Assembly (NCBI GenBank): GCA_947589685.1
Contig: CANQCN010000003.1
Coordinates: 1 to 62,594, forward strand
Length of the DNA: 62,594 bases
Origin: an uncultured Clostridia bacterium
GTDB lineage: Bacteria; Bacillota; Clostridia; Christensenellales; CAG-314
Direction of reading: 5' to 3'
Positions 1 through 8,631 of the stretch are shown here, one piece after another. Under the pieces are notes generated by a model that saw only the letters and a program-made list of their open reading frames with translations, was not told the origin of the DNA and made no database searches. The translations under genes were made by a program, and so were the position numbers. How positions within the stretch are numbered: the stretch's first letter is position 1; the number at the start of each line of letters is the position of its first letter.

Positions 1-5
1 CCTTA

Positions 6-26
6 CAAATCCCGTTCTCTCCGCCA
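6..26 (+). mobile_element. Putative att site: copy of a tRNA (Ser-like) 3' end
   Basis: CAAATCCCGTTCTCTCCGCCA resembles the T-loop, T-stem 3' side, acceptor 3' side and GCCA of tRNA-Ser. The bases before it (CCTTA) cannot form the T-stem, so it is not an intact tRNA. Confidence 0.55.
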
Positions 27-138
27 CTAATTTTTGCTTGCCGCGCAATGGCTCCGAGAACAGTATTTTCGAAATACAGTATCCTTTTTTTCAACAATAA
101 ACTCTACTTTCATAGATATTTACTTTGCGTATATGGAT

Positions 139-1029
139 TCAGTATTTCACCTTGAAGTAATCGAGCCAAACTTTGAATTTGTCCTGTGCGGCAAGGCAGG
201 TATCGCGCAAATATCCGCGTTCGCCGACCCATTCTTTCAAGCCGCGGTAGTAGAACAGCTTCAACTCCTCGTCGATGATGAACGGCACGATATTGTATTT
301 CAGGCACTCCTTGAAGAGAAGCAGCCGCCCGATCCTGCCGTTGCCGTCCTGAAAGGGATGGATACACTCGAAACGGTAATGGAAATCCAACAGGTCGTCA
401 AAGGACTTTTCTTTGTTTGAGTTGTATGCAACAAGCAGTTCCTTCATCTTTTTCGCAACTTCTTCGGGTCTTGCCGTGTACATATCCCCGACGGTGTTGG
501 GGAGCGTTTTGTAGTCGCCGACGGCAAACCAAGACTCACGCGAGTCGGTCGTTCCGTTTTTCAGTGTGCGGTGCAGTTCTTTGATGAAAGCCTCGGTGAT
601 CGGCTTTTTCGCGCTCTCGATCACAAGGTCGATACACCTGAAATGGTTCGCCGTTTCAACGATGTCGTCCACTTTTATCGAGCCGCCGTCGATCCCGATC
701 GTGTTCGTCTCGAAAATGTACCGCGTTTGGTCGTGCGTGAGGCGGCTTCCCTCGATATGGTTGGAATTGTAGGTCAATTCTATCTGGACTTTATGATAGA
801 TGCCGCCCGAAAGTTTCGCGTTTTTCTCGGCGGTCAGCACTTCCAAAAGAGTGGTGGGAGCGGTCGATTTTTTATTGATCCGATCGGGCTTTTGCGCGTT
901 TTCGGGGATATTCCACGTTTTTCCCGTCAGAAAAGCGCCGTCGATTTTCCCGTGCGCGCAGTAATTCCGAACGCTTCGTTCGGACAAATTCCACTTTTTT
1001 GCCGTTTCGGTCACGGACAGATATTTCAT
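139..1029 (-). CDS. Fic family AMPylase with N-terminal HTH (class II Fic)
   Basis: Canonical HPFQDGNGRIGR motif, inhibitory SNHIEG motif, N-terminal excisionase-like HTH (LSVTETAKKWNLSERSVRNYC) and GAGGTG RBS. Confidence 0.92.
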   Translation of the reverse strand: MKYLSVTETAKKWNLSERSVRNYCAHGKIDGAFLTGKTWNIPENAQKPDRINKKSTAPTTLLEVLTAEKNAKLSGGIYHKVQIELTYNSNHIEGSRLTHDQTRYIFETNTIGIDGGSIKVDDIVETANHFRCIDLVIESAKKPITEAFIKELHRTLKNGTTDSRESWFAVGDYKTLPNTVGDMYTARPEEVAKKMKELLVAYNSNKEKSFDDLLDFHYRFECIHPFQDGNGRIGRLLLFKECLKYNIVPFIIDEELKLFYYRGLKEWVGERGYLRDTCLAAQDKFKVWLDYFKVKY

Positions 1030-1459
1030 TCAAAATCACCTCACGATAAGTATAGCACAAAATCGGCAAAAAAACAAGAGCTATCGCTTCTGATTTTTGT
1101 TGTTTTTTGCCGTTATCGGCAATAGGCATTGCGAATTTTGCACCCGACGGTCACATCTACAAATTTTATCGGGGAAAGAGCGTTTCCGAACTGACTGCAA
1201 CGATCGGCAAAAATCGTTAAACGACAATAAAAGAGGCTCAAAACCGCGTTTTGTACGGGTTTTAAGCCTGAAATTCGTAAATCAAGTATCAGCATGATAG
1301 ACAATTGTCGGCAACAATAAACACGGTACGTGGTATTGAAAAATCGTTGGGGTGCAAGCCCACGGGCGTTCGCGCCCGTTTTGGGCGTAGATAAATAGGC
1401 GCGATCCTCAGTTGATTACAATTTGTCGACAACTGAAACTGTCTGCGCGCCGCGGCGGA

Positions 1460-2848
1460 TCAAGCCAGGTATATAGTCCCCGTCTTTTGCGCCTCGTCCA
1501 GCAAACCTTGGGTGTAGCCCGCCGTGCTGAAAACTATGTATCGAACATTGGTTGCGCCCGTCAGTTGGCATATCGCATTTGTCTTTGCTTGTAAGTCGTG
1601 CAATACGGATAGTCCCTTTGGCGAATCGGTAAATTTGCATTCTCCCAACACAAGATTTTTGCCGACCGTGTCAATGGCGACGATATCGATCTCTCCTGTT
1701 TTTGAGCCCCAATACCTGCCTACTTTATCAAAGCGGAAATCCCAGACGTTTGCCGCAGAAAGCTCCCACATTTTGTCTCGACAGACGTCCTCGTAAACAA
1801 AGGAAACAAAGTTTTGCACAAAGCCTTTTTTTATTTGCGACAAAACATATTCTGTTTCGCCCTTTTCGAGATAGGCTCTGTACGGATAAACAAATTTGAA
1901 CCAAAATGCGATGAAATTGTCCGTTATGCGATAAAGTCCGCTTTTGCTCTTTTCGGGCGCAGGCTCGGTGACGGGGACTTCGCGCTCTATCAAATCGAGA
2001 TCGGTAAGTACCTTCAAATATTTGGTCAGACTTGTTTGCTTGGCTCCCAAGCATGCGGCTATATCCGAAAGCTTGCGATTGCCCATTGCGATCGCCTTGA
2101 TGAGAGAAAAGTAACTGCCTATTTCGCTTACTTCCTTTTGCAACAAAAAGTAGGGCTCTTCGTACAGAAAGCTTTGTGCGTTTAATATATTTTGTCTTAT
2201 CGCGGTATATATATCGTCGTATCCGCGAAATGTTTCGATATACTTCGGGACCCCGCCCGTCACCGCAAAAAACGGCAACAGCTCTTTGTCGCTTTTTCCG
2301 TCATAAAACTCATTGTAGTGCTTAAAGGAAATTTGCTTCAACCTAATTTGCGCCGTTCTTCTGCCGTACAAAGGGCTTGCGTAGTCGAGCGTCTGCGATT
2401 TCATCAGCGACACGAGCGAACCGCACAAAATAAGCATTATATTTGCGTCTTTAAGCATTGTGTCCCAAATTTTTTGCAATACGGACGGAAAAGCCGAATT
2501 GGACTGCCCGATATATTGAAATTCGTCAAACACAACGATCTTTTTGCTTTCCGTTTGGTGGGCAAGCAACGTTTTGAATATGGTAAACCAATCCGCCGTC
2601 GCGGAACGAAGCAGCTCGTTGCCGACAAAGTCCGCGACCTGCGATTTGAAGTAATTCAGATTTTGGAGTTCGGATTCTTCGGTGGCAAGAAAATAAATCG
2701 AATCCTTGTGCAATTTCAGAAACTCGCTTAAAAGAGCCGTTTTGCCCACGCGCCTGCGCCCGTAAACTATTACCAATGACGACGATTCGCTGTTGTATTG
2801 TTTTTCAAGCGTTTCCAATTCTGTTTTTCGGTTTACGAATTTTTGCAT
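1460..2848 (-). CDS. Archaeal-type AAA ATPase with wHTH and C-terminal DUF234 / PD-(D/E)xK-like domain
   Basis: FVNRKTEL start, Walker A GRRRVGKT, Walker B VFDEFQ, C-terminal EIDIVA...LGECKF. Start moved to the ATG at 2848. Confidence 0.88.
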   Translation of the reverse strand: MQKFVNRKTELETLEKQYNSESSSLVIVYGRRRVGKTALLSEFLKLHKDSIYFLATEESELQNLNYFKSQVADFVGNELLRSATADWFTIFKTLLAHQTESKKIVVFDEFQYIGQSNSAFPSVLQKIWDTMLKDANIMLILCGSLVSLMKSQTLDYASPLYGRRTAQIRLKQISFKHYNEFYDGKSDKELLPFFAVTGGVPKYIETFRGYDDIYTAIRQNILNAQSFLYEEPYFLLQKEVSEIGSYFSLIKAIAMGNRKLSDIAACLGAKQTSLTKYLKVLTDLDLIEREVPVTEPAPEKSKSGLYRITDNFIAFWFKFVYPYRAYLEKGETEYVLSQIKKGFVQNFVSFVYEDVCRDKMWELSAANVWDFRFDKVGRYWGSKTGEIDIVAIDTVGKNLVLGECKFTDSPKGLSVLHDLQAKTNAICQLTGATNVRYIVFSTAGYTQGLLDEAQKTGTIYLA

Positions 2849-3115
2849 AATATCACCTTTTTTGTCCTTGTTTATTATTATACCCAAAATTATAATAATT
2901 GCAAGCATATTTTGATTTTTGTTGAAAATTTGTTTTCACAGCGAAAAAAAAGCCGTTTTTCCGCGCACGCGAGGCGACGCAAGTGCCAAACGACCCTTTT
3001 TGCTTGTTGCCGTCACGCCCGATTTATTTGTGGGTGCAAGTGCATTTTCGCTTGCAAAATTGCTCATACTGTTGTACAATAGCATTGCAAAAAAATTTCA
3101 ACAAGGAGATATGTC

Positions 3116-3298
3116 ATGATAACAAAGGATATGAAAATTGTCGAAGTGTTACAGGTGAAGCCTGAGGCTGCGCGCGTGTTCGGACGCTACGGCATGGGTT
3201 GCATTCATTGCCTCATGGCTCATACCGAAACCGTCGAAGAGGCTGCGGCAGTTCACGGCGTGGACGTAAACGATATGCTCGCCGAGCTTAACGCCTGA
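3116..3298 (+). CDS. DUF1858 family small protein
   Basis: 60 aa, MITKDM...GMGCIHC...ETVEEAAAVHG, AAGGAG RBS. Confidence 0.88.
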   Translation: MITKDMKIVEVLQVKPEAARVFGRYGMGCIHCLMAHTETVEEAAAVHGVDVNDMLAELNA

Positions 3299-3299
3299 C

Positions 3300-3344
3300 G
3301 CAAAAAATTTTCTTCCCGAAACCTTCGGGAAGAATTTTTTTTGC
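3300..3344. terminator. Intrinsic terminator
   Basis: TTCTTCCCGAA/TTCGGGAAGAA stem flanked by A and T tracts. Confidence 0.8.
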
Positions 3345-3415
3345 AAATTTGCGTATTGACTTTGTTTTTGCGCTTTGCTACAATATAATCAGCAATGCGC
3401 ACGGGAGGAAACGCT

Positions 3416-3892
3416 ATGGATAAACAGCAAATTTATGCAAGATCCTTGCAAGTAATGGAGGAAAATTTCAATCACGTGGTGGAGATGAGCGTGGCTTCCG
3501 CCGCCGACGGCGAAGTGGCAGCGCGGGATCTCAACGCTTACTATCATCAGGGCAAATTTTACGTGTTGGGCAAAAAGGGCAACACTTTGCTCGAACATAT
3601 CGCCAAGTGCCCCAATGTGGGCTTGTGCCACGGCTCGCACAATATGCAGGGAGTCGCCCGCAGCCTCGGTCATCCGTTGGATCAGCAAAACGCCTCCTTG
3701 CGCAAGACGCTCAAAAAGCAATTCGGGCTAAACTACTCCGATTACGTTACGGAGTCCAACCCCGATATGCGGATAGTGGAGATCACTCTCACAAAGGCGG
3801 AGACCTACACCCGTTATCATCGCTACGAAATCGATTTTGTGGCTCAAATCGCCGACCGCGATCACACCATACCGCTGTTTCTTTACAGATGA
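3416..3892 (+). CDS. Pyridoxamine 5'-phosphate oxidase-like FMN-binding split-barrel protein
   Basis: MSVASA...ARDLNAYYHQGKFYVL...IAKCPNVGLC pattern, GGAGG RBS before ATG 3416. Confidence 0.7.
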   Translation: MDKQQIYARSLQVMEENFNHVVEMSVASAADGEVAARDLNAYYHQGKFYVLGKKGNTLLEHIAKCPNVGLCHGSHNMQGVARSLGHPLDQQNASLRKTLKKQFGLNYSDYVTESNPDMRIVEITLTKAETYTRYHRYEIDFVAQIADRDHTIPLFLYR

Positions 3893-3917
3893 TCTCGCGG
3901 ATATGAATTTTTAAAAT

Positions 3918-3965
3918 AAAATTGTCCTGCAATATGAAGTACGATTCGTTTTGCAGGACAATTTT
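3918..3965. terminator. Bidirectional terminator between convergent genes
   Basis: AAAATTGTCCTGCAA / TTGCAGGACAATTTT inverted repeat. Confidence 0.7.
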
Positions 3966-4042
3966 GTGTTTGGGATTAAATTATTTTATTTACCACTATA
4001 TTTGTAATGCAAGGCAGTGCGGTCAAATCGGTATCGCGGCGA

Positions 4043-5269
4043 CTATGCCTTGTTGACGATTTTAGCTTTGTACACAAGGTACTTATGCTTACCGAACTCA
4101 AACAAACCTTTTTCCGTTACGCCGAGAAATCCGTTGTTCAGCACTTCAAATATATTGCAGGAAACGGCAAATTCGGGAAGCTTTCCCAGCAGCTTGCCGT
4201 CCTCATAGAGGTAGGCTGTCATAACGGGCATACTTATATCTCCGCTGGGGGTCATGTCTCCTCCGCCCGTATCGGAAATATATATTGCCCTGCCGGTTAC
4301 GATTTCGGCAAGATCCTTTGCCGTGTTTACTATGTCCAAACCGCTTGCGCCCACGTTGGGTACGCCGTTGTAGCTTGCGGCGGCGGAGCCAAGGTTCGCA
4401 GTGTTGTATTGCGCGGCGGATTTTTTGCAGGTGAGCAATCTTTCCAAAACGCCGTTTTTGACAAGGTAGTTTACATAGCCGTCGTTTACTACGCCTTCGG
4501 CATCGAAAAACGGCAAATTTATTTGCTCGGCGGGGTTGCGGTTGATTGCAAGCGAAAGCTTGTCGCTGAAAAGCTTTTGTCCCAGCTTGCCGTCAAACAG
4601 AGAAGCATGGTTGAAGTACAGATCGGCGATCAGGTGTTGGATAGCGTATTGCAACGGTTCAAATCCGCCTATCACCGTCACTTCCTCCTCTTGGACGTGG
4701 GGCAATTTTGTCAAAAAGGCGTCGCACACGAGCTTGACGTCGCGGCAAATGGCGTCCTCGTCGAAGTCGAGACTTTCGCAGCCGTAGCCTTCGTCCATTA
4801 TGTTGGGCGAACCTTTGAGCTTGATCGCCAACGAAAGCAAAAATTGATTGCCGCGATAGAGGTAGCGTTCGCCGTCGCTGTTTTCGTAGCTGTCCTCGCT
4901 GCTGTTGAGCTGTACCTTGTTGGAGAACAAAAACTGCGGATTTTCCGCCCCCAATCTGTCAAGAAGATGCTGAACGGCAGGAATAAAGTCTTGTTCGTCA
5001 AAAACGTGCTTTGTGGCGTCTATCGTCAAGGTGCGTTTGTCTGTATGCGTTTCGGGATAGTCGATTCCCTGCGCCAGCTTGGCGGTCGCCGACTGTTCCA
5101 GCTCTGTCCAATTTGCTTCGCCGAGAGAGCCTTCGACCCCTATCATGCCTTGGTCGTATATGCGAAACGTGTTTTGCGTGCTGTTGTTTATACGCAAGCT
5201 TTCTACGTGATTCGCCACTACGTTGAGACATCTGTTAGATTCTTTTGATATCAATTTTTCCGTTTTCAT
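4043..5269 (-). CDS. TldD/PmbA family, PmbA(TldE)-like subunit
   Basis: PFFDAEG...LVKNGVL motif, no HExxxH, directly downstream of tldD. Confidence 0.8.
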   Translation of the reverse strand: MKTEKLISKESNRCLNVVANHVESLRINNSTQNTFRIYDQGMIGVEGSLGEANWTELEQSATAKLAQGIDYPETHTDKRTLTIDATKHVFDEQDFIPAVQHLLDRLGAENPQFLFSNKVQLNSSEDSYENSDGERYLYRGNQFLLSLAIKLKGSPNIMDEGYGCESLDFDEDAICRDVKLVCDAFLTKLPHVQEEEVTVIGGFEPLQYAIQHLIADLYFNHASLFDGKLGQKLFSDKLSLAINRNPAEQINLPFFDAEGVVNDGYVNYLVKNGVLERLLTCKKSAAQYNTANLGSAAASYNGVPNVGASGLDIVNTAKDLAEIVTGRAIYISDTGGGDMTPSGDISMPVMTAYLYEDGKLLGKLPEFAVSCNIFEVLNNGFLGVTEKGLFEFGKHKYLVYKAKIVNKA

Positions 5270-5280
5270 ACGACGCCTCC

Positions 5281-6615
5281 TTATTGCACGTTCATTTTGG
5301 ACACGCGAATATGCGGTCCGCCCATTCCTACGTTGAGTGGGTATTGTTCCATTTTGCCGCAGCCGCCGGTTACAAAACTCAGCAGCTCTCTGTCGTTACC
5401 GACGCCGTCGATAAGTCCCAGCGTTTCAAACACGTTGCCGGTCAGTACTGCTATTTTGACGGGGTCTCCCACCTTGCCGTCCACTATTTCGTAGGCTATG
5501 CTGGGAGCGATCGTAAACGTTGACATTCCGCTGCCGTGCTTGACGTCGTAGATGTAGTAGCCGTGCTTTATCGGGGCGATAAGCTCGTCAAAGGTGCTGT
5601 CGCCCGCCTCCACAAAGGTGGTGGTCATGCGCACGATTGGTTCGTAGTCGCAGTTGATGGCGCGCGCATTTCCCGTAAGTTGTTCATTCAATGCGGCGGC
5701 GGTGGTTGCGCTGTGCAGCCTTCCGGAAAGAACGCCGTTTTTGATCAGATAGGTATCCGTAGCCGCGGTGCCTTCGTCGTCGTAGGGCACATAGCCGCTG
5801 CCCTCAAACACGCCGCTTTCGCGAATGGTAAGTATCGGGCTTCCCACCCGTTTGCCGATGGTCCATTCCTTTGCCATAGCCTCGTCGCCCAGCATAAAGT
5901 CGCTTTCCGACTTATGCCCGAAGCTTTCGTGCGCAAATACGCCCGTAACTATCGGAGCAAGCACCACGGGATAGCTGCCCGCCTCAACGGGCTTGGCGCG
6001 TTGTATGTAGTCCTCGCAGCGTGCGACAAAGTCGTGCAGCTCCTCGTCGGTGTATTTAAGCAGCGAAAATTCCGTGCGCGCCTTGCTCAGCTGTTCCTGC
6101 ATGGTATCCTCTCCATAAGCAAACGCCATACCGTAAGCTACGCCGCAGGTTTGAAAGTCGTATTTGATATCCGCACCCTTGGAAGAGTAAAATTCGTACA
6201 AGGAGTATCTGTCAAGATACTGTGCGCTTTTGTAATTGCACAGAGAACCTGTCAGCTTGCCATCCGTTTCCGTGATGAGCTTCAATTTTTGTTCAAACGG
6301 AACGTCTTTCACACAGCGATCGGCAAACACGATTTTTACGTCCTCGTTTACCTGGTAGCGCGAAACTATCGGATTGCTTTCGATATTTTCGTCGGCATGC
6401 GCGTAGGAGTACAATTCGTCCAGCGCCTGTTGAATTGCGTTAACGTCGTCGGTGGAAGTGTAGTACCACATTTTCCCGTCAAACACGCGAACAAAAGCTT
6501 TTTTCTCGGCGGTCACCTTGGCTTCGTGCAGCTGTCCGTTTTGCAAGCGGATTTGTGTTGCAAAGCGATCCTCTATACGCACGTCGGAGTAAAAGCCTTT
6601 TTGAAATTTGTACAT
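5281..6615 (-). CDS. tldD: TldD family metalloprotease
   Basis: HESFGH zinc motif, YDDEG, PIVRMTTT, GGCGK. GGAGG RBS before ATG 6615. Confidence 0.9.
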   Translation of the reverse strand: MYKFQKGFYSDVRIEDRFATQIRLQNGQLHEAKVTAEKKAFVRVFDGKMWYYTSTDDVNAIQQALDELYSYAHADENIESNPIVSRYQVNEDVKIVFADRCVKDVPFEQKLKLITETDGKLTGSLCNYKSAQYLDRYSLYEFYSSKGADIKYDFQTCGVAYGMAFAYGEDTMQEQLSKARTEFSLLKYTDEELHDFVARCEDYIQRAKPVEAGSYPVVLAPIVTGVFAHESFGHKSESDFMLGDEAMAKEWTIGKRVGSPILTIRESGVFEGSGYVPYDDEGTAATDTYLIKNGVLSGRLHSATTAAALNEQLTGNARAINCDYEPIVRMTTTFVEAGDSTFDELIAPIKHGYYIYDVKHGSGMSTFTIAPSIAYEIVDGKVGDPVKIAVLTGNVFETLGLIDGVGNDRELLSFVTGGCGKMEQYPLNVGMGGPHIRVSKMNVQ

Positions 6616-6770
6616 AGTGCCTCCTTTATATTTTTTTGTTAAATTATAATCTTTTTTGCGCATTGTGTCAATCGTATGTCCGCACACGCGCTTTGTCAAA
6701 ATGGTATGGACAAATCGGGCGATATAGTGTATACTTATAAAAAGTTATTTTGAAAGAAACGGAGAGAAAT

Positions 6771-7169
6771 ATGCTTTTTGCGACGGCTTTTGTCGATTGG
6801 TTTCCATGGGCGCTGTCGGTGATAGCGCTTGCGGCGTTGATCGCCCTTGCCGTGCGGTTTGTTTTGCTGTACCGCAGCATGAAGAGGGAAAAGCTGGATC
6901 GTATCGCCGCCTCGCGAGAGGAAAACGCCACTTTGCGGATAGAGGGCGACTTCTTTGTGATGACTGCGCTGCTTGCGTACCACGTGGGTGCGGGCAAGCA
7001 GCTTGCCGCGGGCAAATATACGCTTAAAACGCAGGATGGGGGCGAAATTTCATTGCAGATCAACGGCGTTGTGGCGGATTTTGCGGACGGCGAAACGATC
7101 TGTCTCAAAGAGGGCGACGTTATCCGTGCGGAAAAGGACGTCGGGTTGAAGGTTTCGGAGGATATTTGA
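6771..7169 (+). CDS. Hypothetical single-pass membrane protein
   Basis: N-terminal hydrophobic helix, GGAGA RBS, stop abuts ung start. Confidence 0.7.
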   Translation: MLFATAFVDWFPWALSVIALAALIALAVRFVLLYRSMKREKLDRIAASREENATLRIEGDFFVMTALLAYHVGAGKQLAAGKYTLKTQDGGEISLQINGVVADFADGETICLKEGDVIRAEKDVGLKVSEDI

Positions 7170-7829
7170 ATGGGGCGCAGTTACAACGGATGGGACGAGT
7201 TGTTTCTCGGAGAATTTGCCAAACCGTATTTTGTCGAGCTTAAAAAGTTTTTGGTGGAGGAATATGCCTCCAAGCGCGTTTATCCGCCCAAAAGACTTAT
7301 CCTCAACGCCTTCGATCACACGGCATACGACGACGTAAACGTCGTAATATTGGGGCAGGACCCCTATTACAATCCGGGACAGGCAATGGGAATGAGCTTT
7401 TCCGTGCCGCAAGGCGTCGACGTGCCTATGAGCCTCGTCAACATTTTCCGCGAGATAGAGAACGACACGGGCAGTCCCAGCTGTATAAAGGGCGGCGACC
7501 TCACTCCGTGGGCGGAGCAGGGCGTGTTGCTTATGAACACGGTACTCACCGTGGTGGAAGGACGACCCAATTCGCACAAGGACAAGGGTTGGGAGATATT
7601 TACCGACGCGGTGATAAAGTATCTTAACAAAAGACGGCGCGGAATGGTGTTTATGTTGTGGGGACGCAACGCCTACGCCAAAAAGTCGCTTATCGCCAAC
7701 CCGCAGCATTTGGTGCTTACTGCGCCCCATCCAAGCCCTCTTTCGGCATACGCGGGGTTTTTCGGCTGCAAGCATTTTTCCCAAGCAAACGAATTTCTTG
7801 CCCGACAGGGTAAATTTGTGAGGTGGTAG
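7170..7829 (+). CDS. ung: Uracil-DNA glycosylase family 1
   Basis: ILGQDPY, GVLLMNTVLTV and HPSPLSA motifs. Confidence 0.97.
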   Translation: MGRSYNGWDELFLGEFAKPYFVELKKFLVEEYASKRVYPPKRLILNAFDHTAYDDVNVVILGQDPYYNPGQAMGMSFSVPQGVDVPMSLVNIFREIENDTGSPSCIKGGDLTPWAEQGVLLMNTVLTVVEGRPNSHKDKGWEIFTDAVIKYLNKRRRGMVFMLWGRNAYAKKSLIANPQHLVLTAPHPSPLSAYAGFFGCKHFSQANEFLARQGKFVRW

Positions 7830-7845
7830 TACGAGTAAAGGAATT

Positions 7846-8613
7846 TTGTTGATACACGGTTATCTGACCACGACGGAGGACTTCGGCAGATTGTACGATT
7901 ACCTCGGTTGTTACGACGAGGTCTGTCCCGTGGAGATCCCCGGACACAACGGCAAAGTGGATATGCGCAAGTTTACGGTGGAAAGTACGCAAACTACCGT
8001 TATGAACGCTTTTGACGCGCTTGCAAGCAAGCACGAACAAGTGGACGTGGTGGGGTTTTCTATGGGCGGCGCATTGGCGAGCTGGCTGTGCGCGTTGCGC
8101 AAGGTACACCGCGCGGTGCTTATATCTCCCGCAAACAAGTTTCTCAATCCCGCTTTGCCGATAGAAGCGTTAAAGTTTTACGGCAAGCTTACCGAAAACG
8201 CTTACAAGAGTGCGGACGGCGTAATGAGCAGACGCGACGCAGTCAAAAAGGCATGGGCGCCGTACGAAGAGAATATGTCCGTGGCGGGCAAAATAGCCAT
8301 GCAGCGCACCTTTCGCTATATGACTCCGCGCAATCTGCACGTGTTTGACGAGTTGATGAAGCAAGCGGACGAGTGGGTGCAATCCACCGATCCGCAAACG
8401 CCCGTATTGATACTGTGGGGCAAGCTGGACGAGCTGGTTCCGCAAAAGTCGTCGGAGTTTTTGCTCAAACATTTTTCCAATGCGCAGGTAAAGATATATC
8501 CCGACGTGGGGCATGCCATGCTGTACACCAACCGCGACCACGTCATCATCAAGGACGCGATGGATTTCCTCACCGAAGGCGCGTTTGACGTCGAGGTGCC
8601 GCCGCGCGCTTGA
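7846..8613 (+). CDS. Alpha/beta hydrolase (carboxylesterase-like); true start may be ACG at 7831
   Basis: LIHG, GFSMGG nucleophile elbow, WGKLDELVP (Asp) and VGH (His). Confidence 0.88.
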   Translation: MLIHGYLTTTEDFGRLYDYLGCYDEVCPVEIPGHNGKVDMRKFTVESTQTTVMNAFDALASKHEQVDVVGFSMGGALASWLCALRKVHRAVLISPANKFLNPALPIEALKFYGKLTENAYKSADGVMSRRDAVKKAWAPYEENMSVAGKIAMQRTFRYMTPRNLHVFDELMKQADEWVQSTDPQTPVLILWGKLDELVPQKSSEFLLKHFSNAQVKIYPDVGHAMLYTNRDHVIIKDAMDFLTEGAFDVEVPPRA

Positions 8614-8631
8614 CATTTATCAAGGAGTACC

